Assembly: GCA_963816965.1 (NCBI GenBank)
Contig: CAWFMP010000002.1
Location: forward strand, 109,558-173,557
DNA: 64,000 bases
From: an uncultured delta proteobacterium
GTDB taxonomy: Bacteria > Myxococcota_A > Polyangia > Palsa-1104
Direction of reading: 5' to 3'
How positions within the stretch are numbered: position 1 is the stretch's first letter; every line of letters starts with the position of its first letter. Positions 21,760 to 30,660 of this stretch are shown here, in pieces. The position numbers and the translations under genes were made by a program. The notes beneath the pieces were generated by a model. That model made no database searches and was not told the origin of the DNA. It saw only the letters and a list, made by a program, of their open reading frames with translations.

Positions 21760-22605
21760 TCACAGCGCCAGGAGGATCTTCGACACGTCATAGAGCACGT
21801 CGCCGCGGCCGGGCACCGCGACGGGCCGGGCGGCGGCGCGCACGGCCGGCGCATCGGCCGTCTCCGCCTCGACCAGCGCGTTGTAGGCGTAGGCCATCAG
21901 CGTGCGCAGGTTGATCGCGTCGTAGAGGTTGTACTCGGCGAAGCGGCGCATCGCTTCGCGGTCGCCGTCGCGCCCGCGGCGGAAGAGCCAGCCCGCGTCC
22001 CAGCCGTCGAGCTCGCGCAGATGTGCGGGCCGCGCCAGGCCGAGCGCCACCAGCCGCCGCTCGATCGACTTGAGGCCGCCGCCGTGTCCGAGGCGGCCGA
22101 GCACGTGGCGGAGATCGACATGGCAGACCGGCGGCTGCCAGCCGGGAAACGCGCGCCGCAAGATCGGCACGTCGAAGCTGAGGCCGTTGAAGGTCACCAG
22201 CATCGACCACGAGCGCGCGATCTCGGGGAAGCGTCGTAGATCGCGTCCCGCGAGCAGCAGGCGCGGCCCTGCGCGATCCAATACGCCGATGGCCGAGATG
22301 CCCGCGTGGCCGACGACGTCGTCGCTGGTCTCGATGTCGAGGTAGGCGGCGTCGGCGCCGAAGGCGTCGAAGAGCCGCCAGTGCTCGCGCGCGGGAAGGA
22401 GCGCCGCGAGCCGATCGGCGTCGCGTGCGTCGAACGCGGCGGTGGCGTCAGCGACGGCGGCGCGGAGCGCGCCCTCCACCCGTCGGGGCAGCTTCGCCGA
22501 CGACGACGAAACGAGGTCGGGCCAGCGCGCGATCCCGGCCCGCCACAGGGCGCGCTCGCGCGTCGGTCCCAGGCCGGGCGCGAGCTGGAAGGTGGACTCG
22601 ACCAT
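21760..22605 (-). CDS. RNase H-like fold (YprB-type) exonuclease-domain protein
   Basis: YLDIETSD ... LVTFNGLSFDVPIL ... EYNLYDAINL resembles the DEDD/RNase-H-like YprB family. The N-terminus has a helix-hairpin-helix-like segment. Confidence 0.65.
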   Translation of the reverse strand: MVESTFQLAPGLGPTRERALWRAGIARWPDLVSSSSAKLPRRVEGALRAAVADATAAFDARDADRLAALLPAREHWRLFDAFGADAAYLDIETSDDVVGHAGISAIGVLDRAGPRLLLAGRDLRRFPEIARSWSMLVTFNGLSFDVPILRRAFPGWQPPVCHVDLRHVLGRLGHGGGLKSIERRLVALGLARPAHLRELDGWDAGWLFRRGRDGDREAMRRFAEYNLYDAINLRTLMAYAYNALVEAETADAPAVRAAARPVAVPGRGDVLYDVSKILLAL

Positions 22606-22609
22606 CGCT

Positions 22610-22795
22610 TCAGCGCGGCCGGACCAGGCGCATCAGCTCGACGATGCGATCGACCAGCCGCCTGCGCGTCGCCTTGCCGAGCAGGCCGCGCGCTTTGTGC
22701 TCGTCCTTCGCCAGCAGCACCGTCTGCCAGATCGCGCGCGCCACCTCGCGCGACGCCTCTTCGATCCTGCCGTCCTCGTTGGAGCGTTCGGCCAT
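22610..22795 (-). CDS. Small hypothetical protein (61 aa) immediately upstream of the RNase H-like gene
   Basis: There is a 4-nt gap to the downstream gene. Composition is helical and charged. No family recognised. Confidence 0.4.
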   Translation of the reverse strand: MAERSNEDGRIEEASREVARAIWQTVLLAKDEHKARGLLGKATRRRLVDRIVELMRLVRPR

Positions 22796-22876
22796 GTCGG
22801 CAGTCTACCTGAACGCGAGTTCAGTAGCAAAGCTCTCGTCTGGCGCTCGCGCCCGATCTGTGGGAACCGAGAGATC

Positions 22877-23428
22877 ATGAATGATCGAGACCAGCTCCCC
22901 ACGTTGGGTCGAGGCAGGATGCTGCAGACGGGCCTGCTGGCGGTCGCGCTGTTGGCGGTCGCCGGAGGCTGCGCGCCGACGCTGGTGTCGGGCCGCATGC
23001 CCAATCCGGCCGCCAGCAAGGACAAGCTCCAGTCCTCGCAGGAGTTCGACATCGGGCCGTACAAGGAGAACCACCGCTACACCATGACGGTCGCCGGCTG
23101 GACGCCGAGCACGTTGGGCGTCCAGATCAAGCTGGCGGACATCGGCGAGTGCGGTCGGCCCGAGAGCTACTCGTTCACGCTGGTCGACGACCACGGCGCC
23201 TCCTACCCGTTCCAGCAGACGGGAACGCCGACGATGACCACCGAGCCTGGTCGGGCCAACGTGACGCTCAACGTCTCGACGGTCTCGGGCGACTTCGCCG
23301 CGCCCATCGGCGCCGACGCGCACGCGATCACGATCCAGCAGCGACCACGGCCGAACGTCGGCTGTCCGGCGCTCGATTTCCGCTGGGCCTTCGACAGCAA
23401 CGCGCCGGCGCCGCAAAGCGCGCCCTGA
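22877..23428 (+). CDS. Hypothetical lipoprotein
   Basis: Lipobox LLAVALLAVAGGC. Start is either ATG 22877 or ATG 22919. The upstream part of ORF 22442-23428 is Arg/Ala-rich and unlikely to be coding. Confidence 0.6.
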   Translation: MNDRDQLPTLGRGRMLQTGLLAVALLAVAGGCAPTLVSGRMPNPAASKDKLQSSQEFDIGPYKENHRYTMTVAGWTPSTLGVQIKLADIGECGRPESYSFTLVDDHGASYPFQQTGTPTMTTEPGRANVTLNVSTVSGDFAAPIGADAHAITIQQRPRPNVGCPALDFRWAFDSNAPAPQSAP

Positions 23429-23444
23429 AGCGCGCGGGTCGCGG

Positions 23445-24278
23445 TCAGCTCCTGCGGTTGGGCAGCGCCAGCTCGTCGCCCGCCTGGCGCTTCGGCACCT
23501 CGAACCAGAAGCAGCTGCCCTGACCGACGGTGGACTGCAGGCCGACGCGCCCGCCGTGCGCTTCGATGACCCGCCGCACGGTGGCCAATCCCAGGCCCAG
23601 GCCCGGCCTGGCGTGCGCTCCATCGCCGCGCACGTAGGGATCGAAGATGTGGCTCGCCAGGTCGTCGGAGATTCCGGGACCGGTGTCCTCGACTTCGAAC
23701 CGGCCGCTCTCTCCCGCATCCACGACGCGAATGGAGATGCGCCGCTGATCGCTCTGGCTGGTGTAGTTGATGGCGTTGCGCAGAAGGTTCGACACGGCGC
23801 TGGAGATGAGCCCCTCGTTGCAGCTCAGCTCCACCGGGTCGAGGTGCTCCACGACCAGCTGCTCGTCGGCCGCCGCCGCCTGGGCGACGAGCCCCGCCAG
23901 GACATCGGCGACGACGCGGCTCAGATCGGAGGTCTCGAGCGGTCCGGACAGGGACGCGCCGGCACGCGCGAATTCCATGATGCCGCTGATGATCTGTTCC
24001 GCGCGACGGAGCCCGCGCTCGCCGCGCGCCAGCGTCTCGCGGTCCGCTCCCCGGAGCCGACGAAGGACCGTGTGCACCGACAGCCGCGCCGCCGAAATCG
24101 GGTTCAAGAGATCGTGCGCGATCTGCTCCGCGACGCTGCGGGATTGCGCTTCACGGGCCTGCGCCTCGCGGCAGGCGTCGCGCGCCCGCCGTAAGCTGCG
24201 CCGCTGCGCGAGCAGCCAGGCCACGGCGGCGGCGCCAGCAACTGCCAGGACGACCACTCCGCCTTCGGCCGCGCTCAT
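23445..24278 (-). CDS. Membrane-anchored histidine kinase (HisKA + HATPase_c)
   Basis: One N-terminal TM helix. H-box IAHDLLNPISA. N-box LRNAINYT. G-boxes DTGPGI and GLGLATV. Confidence 0.85.
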   Translation of the reverse strand: MSAAEGGVVVLAVAGAAAVAWLLAQRRSLRRARDACREAQAREAQSRSVAEQIAHDLLNPISAARLSVHTVLRRLRGADRETLARGERGLRRAEQIISGIMEFARAGASLSGPLETSDLSRVVADVLAGLVAQAAAADEQLVVEHLDPVELSCNEGLISSAVSNLLRNAINYTSQSDQRRISIRVVDAGESGRFEVEDTGPGISDDLASHIFDPYVRGDGAHARPGLGLGLATVRRVIEAHGGRVGLQSTVGQGSCFWFEVPKRQAGDELALPNRRS

Positions 24279-24430
24279 CCCCGATCCTGCCGATGTCGCT
24301 CTAACATCATGACCTCCGTGCTCGAATCAAGATCCTGGTGTCAAAACTACATCAATCGGCGCGGACAGGACAAGACCGATCGCGCAATCCCGCTACCGGT
24401 GGCCTCAAAGAATCTTGAGAGAACTCCAGG

Positions 24431-24458
24431 GTTACATCTTAGAAAAATTCGGTATACT
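24431..24458 (+). promoter_or_regulatory. Possible sigma70-type promoter (GTTACA - 16 nt - TATACT)
   Basis: It lies in an unusually AT-rich 190-bp divergent intergenic region. The -10 element ends 15 nt before ATG 24473, which would give a very short leader. Confidence 0.25.
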
Positions 24459-24472
24459 GGCTCACCTCAAGG

Positions 24473-25858
24473 ATGGCAACAAAACGAACCGCTCGCGACC
24501 GGGCCGACGCTGCGCGACGCTGTCGCAGCCTGTACCGACTGATTCGCAATCGAATCGGCGAGCAGGTGTCCGACCGCGAGATCGCGCGCCGCTGGGACAT
24601 GGAGTGGAAGAGCTTCGCCGCCCTCAAGCACGGTCAGCGCCAGGTCCCGCGCATCGACGAGCTCGAGCGGCTGGCGGTGGTTCTCCAGGTCCCGGTGGCC
24701 GACGTGTTCCACGCAGCCTCGGGCACGCGCGCGCGATCCGCCAGCGCGCCGGCCGAGCGGGCCGACGCCCTCGGGCTGACGCTCGATCGCGTGCCCGATG
24801 CGCTGTTCACGATCGACGTCAACGGGCGCATTCACGACTTCAACCGGGCGCTGCCGCTCTTGACCGGTCGTACCGAGCACGAGCTGCGTGAGCGGTCGGT
24901 GCTCGATCTGATCGCCATGGACTGCACCTCGCGCGCGCTCGCCTGTATCGCCGGGGCGACGCGCGAAGGGCAGCCGAGCGAGGCGGAGGTCGTGCTGTTC
25001 ACGCCGAGCTCGACGCTGCGCATGGTGACGCTGCGAGCGACGCCGGTGCACGACGCAGACGGCGGCGTCGTCGGCGCGCAGGTGATCGCTCGCGACGTGA
25101 CCGCGGAGCGCAACCTGGACGGGGATCTGAGCGAGCAGCGACGGTTGCTGCAGACCGTGTTCGATCGGATTCCCGCCGCCTGCATCCTCTTCGAGGCCGA
25201 CGGGACGATCGTCGCCGCGAACCCGCTGGTCGAGGGCGTGTGCCACGCCAGCGCCGCCGAGATCATCGGCCGCAGGGTCTCCGAGGTGTTCGGCGACGGC
25301 GGCTCCGAGAGCTGTCCGGTGACCCGCGCCGCTCGCAGCAAGCGCGTCGAGCAGCAGGTCTCGTGGATGACCAATCGCCAGGGGCAGGCGGTCTACGTCC
25401 ATCGCACGGCCGGGCCGGTGTCCGATTCGCCCGGCGGTGACCGCGTCATCGAGGTGCTGGTCGACGTCACCGACCAGCTGCGCCGGGGCGACCTGCGGGT
25501 GATGTCGTTGTGGCGGGGAAACACCGGCAGCCGCGGTCGCGCGGCGGCGGAGCGACGCGAATCTCCCCGCGCCGAAACGGCGTTCACGGTGAAGTATCGA
25601 TATCAACGGCGCATGCACGAAGCGCCCGTCGAGAACCTGGGGCAGGGAGGCCTGTTCATCCAGACCGATGAGCGGCTGTCTCAGGGGGCAAGGCTCGAGC
25701 TCGAGTGGCTGCTGCCGGGCGACAACGCGCGGGTGCGCGCGGTGGCCGTCGTCGCCTGGAACCGCGCGGCGTCGGGCGGCGCCCCGGCGGGCATCGGCGT
25801 GCGGTTCGTCGCGGTGGCGCCCGATCCGGCCCGCGGCGCCAGCGGCGACGCCGCCTGA
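24473..25858 (+). CDS. XRE-type HTH - PAS - PAS - PilZ domain protein
   Basis: N-terminus SDREIARRWDMEWKSFAALKHGQRQVPRIDELERLAVVLQVPVADVF is XRE-HTH-like. Two PAS-like modules follow. The C-terminus has RRESPR ... ENLGQGG, matching the PilZ RxxxR / (D/N)xSxxG motifs. Confidence 0.7.
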   Translation: MATKRTARDRADAARRCRSLYRLIRNRIGEQVSDREIARRWDMEWKSFAALKHGQRQVPRIDELERLAVVLQVPVADVFHAASGTRARSASAPAERADALGLTLDRVPDALFTIDVNGRIHDFNRALPLLTGRTEHELRERSVLDLIAMDCTSRALACIAGATREGQPSEAEVVLFTPSSTLRMVTLRATPVHDADGGVVGAQVIARDVTAERNLDGDLSEQRRLLQTVFDRIPAACILFEADGTIVAANPLVEGVCHASAAEIIGRRVSEVFGDGGSESCPVTRAARSKRVEQQVSWMTNRQGQAVYVHRTAGPVSDSPGGDRVIEVLVDVTDQLRRGDLRVMSLWRGNTGSRGRAAAERRESPRAETAFTVKYRYQRRMHEAPVENLGQGGLFIQTDERLSQGARLELEWLLPGDNARVRAVAVVAWNRAASGGAPAGIGVRFVAVAPDPARGASGDAA

Positions 25859-25937
25859 GCCCACTGCACCCCGTCGACCGTCGCCTCCCCCACCCGGTTT
25901 GACTGCCTCTGGCCCGCCATGGTTGACTGATGTCGGG

Positions 25938-26279
25938 ATGACACCAGTCGCTCCCAACATCCTCTTCGTCGCTGCGACCGCCGCGCTCGCCGAGCGTGTC
26001 TGCGTCCGTCTGGCCGGTCATCGCGTCCGCGTCGTCTTCTCGATCCTCGAGGCGATCGCGGCCGTCAAGGCCGAAGCGCCCGACGTGCTCATCTGCGACG
26101 CGCGGATGCAGCCGTTCTCCGCCGACGAGTTGTTCGAGCTCGTCGCTCGCTACTATCCCGCGATCCGCGGCGTGATCCTGACGCCGGCCAACGAAGCGCC
26201 GATCGCGGCGTCGCCGCCGCGGCGGGCACGCGTCACCTGCGACGAGATTCTGTCCGCCATCGAACCCCCTTCCGGGTAG
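25938..26279 (+). CDS. Stand-alone receiver-like (probably pseudo-receiver) protein
   Basis: CheY-like alternating pattern with LICDARM at the phospho-acceptor position. The N-terminal acidic pair is absent (FVAAT). Confidence 0.5.
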   Translation: MTPVAPNILFVAATAALAERVCVRLAGHRVRVVFSILEAIAAVKAEAPDVLICDARMQPFSADELFELVARYYPAIRGVILTPANEAPIAASPPRRARVTCDEILSAIEPPSG

Positions 26280-26330
26280 GGCGCGACTCCCTCCGCACAG
26301 CGCGCACCTCGACAGCTACAATGGCGCGCG

Positions 26331-28227
26331 ATGGAGTCGCTGCTCGTCTGGACGCTGACCGGCGTCGCCGTCGCCGTGCTGCTGCGCCGATCGCGCGCGG
26401 CGTCGACGATCCTCCTGGCGGCAGCGCTGGTGGCGATGACCGCGGCCGGCCACGCGCGCTGGGCCGAGCGCAGCGCCCGCCGCCAGCGATCCGCCGACGC
26501 CCTGCGCGCCAGCCTCCCCGGGCCGATCGCCCCCGGCGACTACGTCTCGTCCGATTCGTGCCGCGCCTGCCATCCGACCGAGTACGCCAGCTGGCATCGC
26601 AGCTACCACCGCACGATGACGCAGGCGGCGAGCGCGACCACCGTACGGGCGCCGTTTGCCGGCGAGACGCTGGTCGCCGCCGACGGGCGCCGCTATCACC
26701 TGCAGCGCGACCAGGACGAGCTGTGGGTGGACATCTCCGGCGTCGGCCGGCGGCGCATCGGCATGATGACCGGCTCGCACCATATGCAGGCGTATTGGCT
26801 CCCGGGCGATCACGGCAACGAGCAGATCGAATTTCCGTTCACCTATCTGTTCGACGATCAGCGCTGGGTCTCGCGTCGCGACGTGTTCCTCGTCGGCAGC
26901 GAATACTCGAAGGCGCCGTCGACGTGGAATCGCATCTGCATCGAGTGCCACGTGACCGGCGGCGAGCCGGGGTTCGACCCGCGCACCCAGGTGCCGGCGA
27001 GCCGCGTCGCCGAGCTGGGCATCGCGTGCGAGGCGTGCCATGGGCCGGCGGCGCAGCACGTGGCGGCGAACCGCAGCCCATGGCGGCGCCTGGCGCTGCA
27101 CGACAGCGGCGCGGGCGACGCGACCATCGTCAATCCGGCCCGCCTGTCGCCGGCACGCACGGCCGAGGTGTGCGGACAGTGTCACGGCATCGGCTGCCCG
27201 CCCGACGGCTGGCTGCGGACCGGCATTCGCTATCGACCGGGCCAGCCGTTGCGCGAGCGCAAGCCGATCCTGGAGCTGGCGACGCTGCACCAGAGCGCCT
27301 GCCGGCAGCAGATCGACGCCGACACCTCGTTCGCCGCCAGCCGCTATTGGCGCGACGGCATGGTGCGGGTGTCGGGGCGCGAGTACAACGGCCTCATCGA
27401 GTCGCCCTGTTTCAAGCGGGGCGCGCTCACCTGCCTGTCGTGCCATTCGATGCACCAGAGCGATCCCGACCGACAGCTGGGACGCGACCGTGACGGCAAC
27501 GCGGCCTGCACGCAGTGCCACCGCGCCATCGGCGACAACGTCGCGGCGCACACGCACCACCGCGCCGGCTCGACGGGATCGACATGTTACAACTGCCATA
27601 TGCCGCATACGACCTACGGGCTGTTGCGGGCGATGCGCAGCCACCAGATCAGCGTTCCTTCGGTGCGAGAGAGCGTCGAGGTCGGGCGACCCAACGCCTG
27701 CAACCTGTGTCATCTCGATCGGACGCTGGCCTGGACGGCGGCGGCGCTGCAGCGTTGGTGGGGCACGCCGGTCCCGCCGCTGACGAGCGAGCAGCGCACG
27801 GTGGCGGCGTCGGTGCTCGACGTGGCGCGCGGCGAGCCGGGCGTGCGCGCGCTGGTCGCCTGGAGCATGGGCTGGAGCGCGGCGCAGGCGACCTCGAAGG
27901 TCGATTGGATGGCGCCGTTCCTGATCGAGCTGTTGAACGACGAATACGCCGCGATTCGCTACAACGCCTATCGCTCGCTGCGGCGGTTGAGCGGGTTCGG
28001 CGATCTCGCGGTACGACTACGTCGGCGCCGAGGAGACGCGCTGGGCGGCGCAGCGCGAGGCGCGCGCGCGCTGGGCGCGGGCCGCCCGGGCGGCGCCGGC
28101 GACGCCGCCCCGACCGGAGCTGCTGCTCGCGCCGGACGGCCAGGGAGGCGTGCGCTTTTCCGGCGGCGAGCTGGAGCGCCTGATCGCCGAGCGGCCCGAA
28201 GACGACGAGATGTTCCTCGCCGAATGA
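26331..28227 (+). CDS. Membrane-anchored octahaem cytochrome c with a HEAT-like C-terminal region, one frame break
   Basis: N-terminal TM helices. Eight CXXCH motifs (CRACH, CIECH, CEACH, CGQCH, CLSCH, CTQCH, CYNCH, CNLCH). Skipping one base near 28011 continues ..GFGDLA/YDYVGAEETRWAAQREARARWA..EMFLAE to the stop at 28225-28227. Confidence 0.75.
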
Positions 28228-28700
28228 AGGTGGACCAGGCATCGATGGAACCGACCGATCGCAGCGCGATGGATCGTCGCTATGAGCTCCGCCACCTGCA
28301 GGTCGGATGGGCGTCGCTCTTGCTGTTCGCCACGCTGGGGACGCTGCTCGAGCTGCTGCACGCGTTCAAGGTGCCCTGGTATCTCGGCGTGGCCACCGAG
28401 AGCCGGCGCCTCTTGTGGACGCTGGCGCACGCGCACGGCGTGGCGCTGGGCCTGGTGAACCTGGCGCTGGCGGCGGTCTGTCATCGGCTGCCGCGCCCGC
28501 TCCATCCGGCGGCGTCGGCGTCGCTGGTCGCCGGGACCATCCTGGTTCCCGGCGGCTTCTTCCTCGGCGGGCTGTTCGTGCACGGCGGGGACCCGGGGTT
28601 GGGCGCGGTGCTGATCCCGCCGGGCGCGCTGTTCGTGCTGGTGGCGCTGGCGCTGCTGGTGCGCGCGAGCGTGGCGCGCGACGGCGGCACCGGCGAGTAG
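28224..28700 (+). CDS. Small integral membrane protein (about 4 TM)
   Basis: ATG 28224 overlaps the cytochrome stop (ATGA). Hydrophobic helices include WASLLLFATLGTLLELL, HGVALGLVNLALAAV, LVAGTILVPGGFFLGGLF and LIPPGALFVLVALALLV. Confidence 0.55.
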   Translation: MKVDQASMEPTDRSAMDRRYELRHLQVGWASLLLFATLGTLLELLHAFKVPWYLGVATESRRLLWTLAHAHGVALGLVNLALAAVCHRLPRPLHPAASASLVAGTILVPGGFFLGGLFVHGGDPGLGAVLIPPGALFVLVALALLVRASVARDGGTGE

Positions 28701-28715
28701 CACCCGGATGGACAC

Positions 28716-29276
28716 ATGACTCGACCAAGGAGGACTCCCTTGCGGCAAACACTGGTAGCGATCGCGGTCGTGCTCGGCTGTTCCCTGCCCGCGGCCGCCG
28801 TGCCGCCATCGGCATCGGCGTCGGCGGCCCCGAAGGACTGGCTGGATCAGTGGCAGAGCGCGACCCAGAGGCTGATCGAGGTGGCCGAGGCGATGCCCGA
28901 GCAGAAATACGGCTACCGTCCGACCAAAGACGTGAACACGTTTGCCGACCAGCTCAAGCACACCATGCTGGCCACACGGGTGCTCTTGGCAAACGCCGAA
29001 GGACACACCGCCTCGCCCAAGGATCCCGCGATCGAGAAGCTCGCGAGCAAGGCCGAGATCATCGCCATGCTGCATGAGGTCGCCGCCCAGGGCGCCGGCG
29101 TGATCGGCCGCGTGGCGGCCAAGAGCGACGGCGAGGTCGTGCAGTCGCAGTTCTTCGGCAAGACGACGCGGCGGTTCCTGCTCATCCAGGCCATCGCCCA
29201 CGACAACAACCACTACGGTCAGCTGGTCTTCTACCTGCGACTCAACGGCATCGTGCCGCCAGCCAGCAGAAAGTGA
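28716..29276 (+). CDS. Secreted DinB-family protein
   Basis: Signal peptide, then YRPTKDVNTFADQLKH ... IAHDNNHYGQLVFYLRLNG, typical of the DinB/DinB_2 four-helix bundle. Confidence 0.7.
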   Translation: MTRPRRTPLRQTLVAIAVVLGCSLPAAAVPPSASASAAPKDWLDQWQSATQRLIEVAEAMPEQKYGYRPTKDVNTFADQLKHTMLATRVLLANAEGHTASPKDPAIEKLASKAEIIAMLHEVAAQGAGVIGRVAAKSDGEVVQSQFFGKTTRRFLLIQAIAHDNNHYGQLVFYLRLNGIVPPASRK

Positions 29277-29307
29277 TCATCGCGGCGACTGTTATAGTGG
29301 CACCGAC

Positions 29308-30024
29308 ATGACGCCAAGCCTGCTGCACGCCGTCGACAAAGAGCTGTGGTGCGCCCGGCAGCCCCTTCGTTTCCTGGGCGTCCCCGTCGGTGCGCGCATG
29401 ACCGTGATCCGCCTGGGCGCGGGCCAGCTGTTCGTGCACTCGCCCATCGCGCTCCGTGGGGAGCTACGCGCGGAGGTGGACGCGCTCGGCAGCGTTCGCT
29501 ATCTGGTGGCGCCGAATCGCTACCATCACCTGTTCATCCAGGACTGGCTGAGCGCCTATCCGCAGGCGCAGGCGTTCGCCGCGCCGGGCGTGGCGGAGAA
29601 GCGCCGCGACGTGGCGTTCGCCGGCGTGCTCGGCGACGGCGAAGGCCCGTGGGCGCCCGAGGTGCTGCACGCGCTGTGGCGCGGCGCGCCGCGGATGGGC
29701 GAAGTGCACTTTTTGCATCGGCCCACGCGCACGCTCATCCTGACCGACGCCGTGCACAACTTCGGCGACGTGCGTCCAGCTGTGACGCGCGCCTTCTTCG
29801 CGCTGCTCGGCGGCTCGCGCGGCTTTCGCACGACGCTGCTCGATCGGCTGCTCAACCGCGATCGGGTGGCCGCGCGCGCCAGCCTGGAGCAGCTGCTGCG
29901 CTGGGACTTTGGGCGCGTCATCATGGCCCACGGCGAGATCCTCGAGGAGGGCGGACCGGCGGCGCTCGCCGCCGCCTATCGCTGGCTGCGCCCGGACGGC
30001 GCCCAGCGCAAAGCCGCCGGCTAG
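29308..30024 (+). CDS. DUF4336-like protein
   Basis: The pattern RMTVIRLGAGQLFVHSPI ... VRYLVAPNRYHHLF ... EVHFLHRPTRTLILTDAVHN matches my memory of DUF4336. Confidence 0.65.
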   Translation: MTPSLLHAVDKELWCARQPLRFLGVPVGARMTVIRLGAGQLFVHSPIALRGELRAEVDALGSVRYLVAPNRYHHLFIQDWLSAYPQAQAFAAPGVAEKRRDVAFAGVLGDGEGPWAPEVLHALWRGAPRMGEVHFLHRPTRTLILTDAVHNFGDVRPAVTRAFFALLGGSRGFRTTLLDRLLNRDRVAARASLEQLLRWDFGRVIMAHGEILEEGGPAALAAAYRWLRPDGAQRKAAG

Positions 30025-30043
30025 CGTTCGGCTAGCGTCGGCT

Positions 30044-30588
30044 CTCGTGATTCGTCACATCTCCGCATTCGATTGAGCAAGCAGCGTCAGTGTCGCCGGT
30101 TGAGGGGCCGCGGGAGGTCGTCGGAGCCGTCTTGCCGGGACGGGCCCGCTACGCCGGCGGCCTTACCGGCCGGCGGCACGTCCGGGCCCTCGGCTCGTCG
30201 CTGGCATCGTCGCTTCGCGACGAGCGCTCCTCGACGCCCGGCAAGACGGCTCCGACGACCTCCCGCTCCATGGGCTCTTGGGAACCTGCAGCCAAGCACG
30301 TCGGACGAAAGCGGCGGGTCGTCGCGAGCAGCCTCTCCACCCGCTGCTGCGACCGCTCTGGGTTTTTGGACGAGCACAGAGGCTCCGCGCGCACTGCCCC
30401 GCTGGGCGAGTTCCGCAGCACCGGCAAGGGGTCTAATCGAGCACAGCGGTCCGCTGGCGAGGACTGTTTGAGCCCAGCGGGGCAGTGCGCGCGGAGCCGG
30501 ACGTGGCGCTCTGTCGCGCTCTCGATGCGACGCGGGTTTGAAAGCGGAACCTTTCGAGAGCTCGCACCGAGATGTGATGAATCATGAA
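30044..30588 (+). mobile_element. MITE-like non-autonomous element, copy A (545 bp)
   Basis: Terminal inverted repeats CTCGTGATTCGTCACATCTC / GAGATGTGATGAATCATGAA. Flanked by AGCGTCGGCT (30034-30043) and AGCGTCGACT (30589-30598). About 90% identical (by eye) to the reverse complement of 62135-62665. No conserved ORF. Confidence 0.75.
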
Positions 30589-30616
30589 AGCGTCGACTAG
30601 CGTGAATCCTCGTTGC

Positions 30617-30640
30617 TAGTAACTCTGATCGGAGTTACTA
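30617..30640 (+). promoter_or_regulatory. Perfect 9-bp-arm palindrome TAGTAACTC-tgatcg-GAGTTACTA inside a possible promoter (TTGCTA - 17 nt - TACTAC)
   Basis: Read directly. It is AT-rich relative to the surroundings and sits 20 nt upstream of ATG 30661 and its GGGAGGGG SD. Confidence 0.3.
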
Positions 30641-30660
30641 CTCTGCCGGGAGGGGATTTC

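Noticed and set aside
29294-29312. Sigma54-type promoter suggested by TGGCAC upstream of the DUF4336 gene
   Set aside because: The expected -12 element (TTGC, 5 nt downstream) is absent: the sequence reads TGGCACcgacaTGAC. The motif also ends only a few nt before the ATG.
30073-30587. ORFs inside the MITE copies (30073-30471, 30090-30587, 62136-62600, 62182-62640) that give similar 'proteins' in both copies
   Set aside because: The similarity is simply the DNA repeat. Indels between the copies shift the frames. Translations are Arg/Pro/Gly/Ser-rich, and the long internal perfect hairpins fit a non-coding structured element better.
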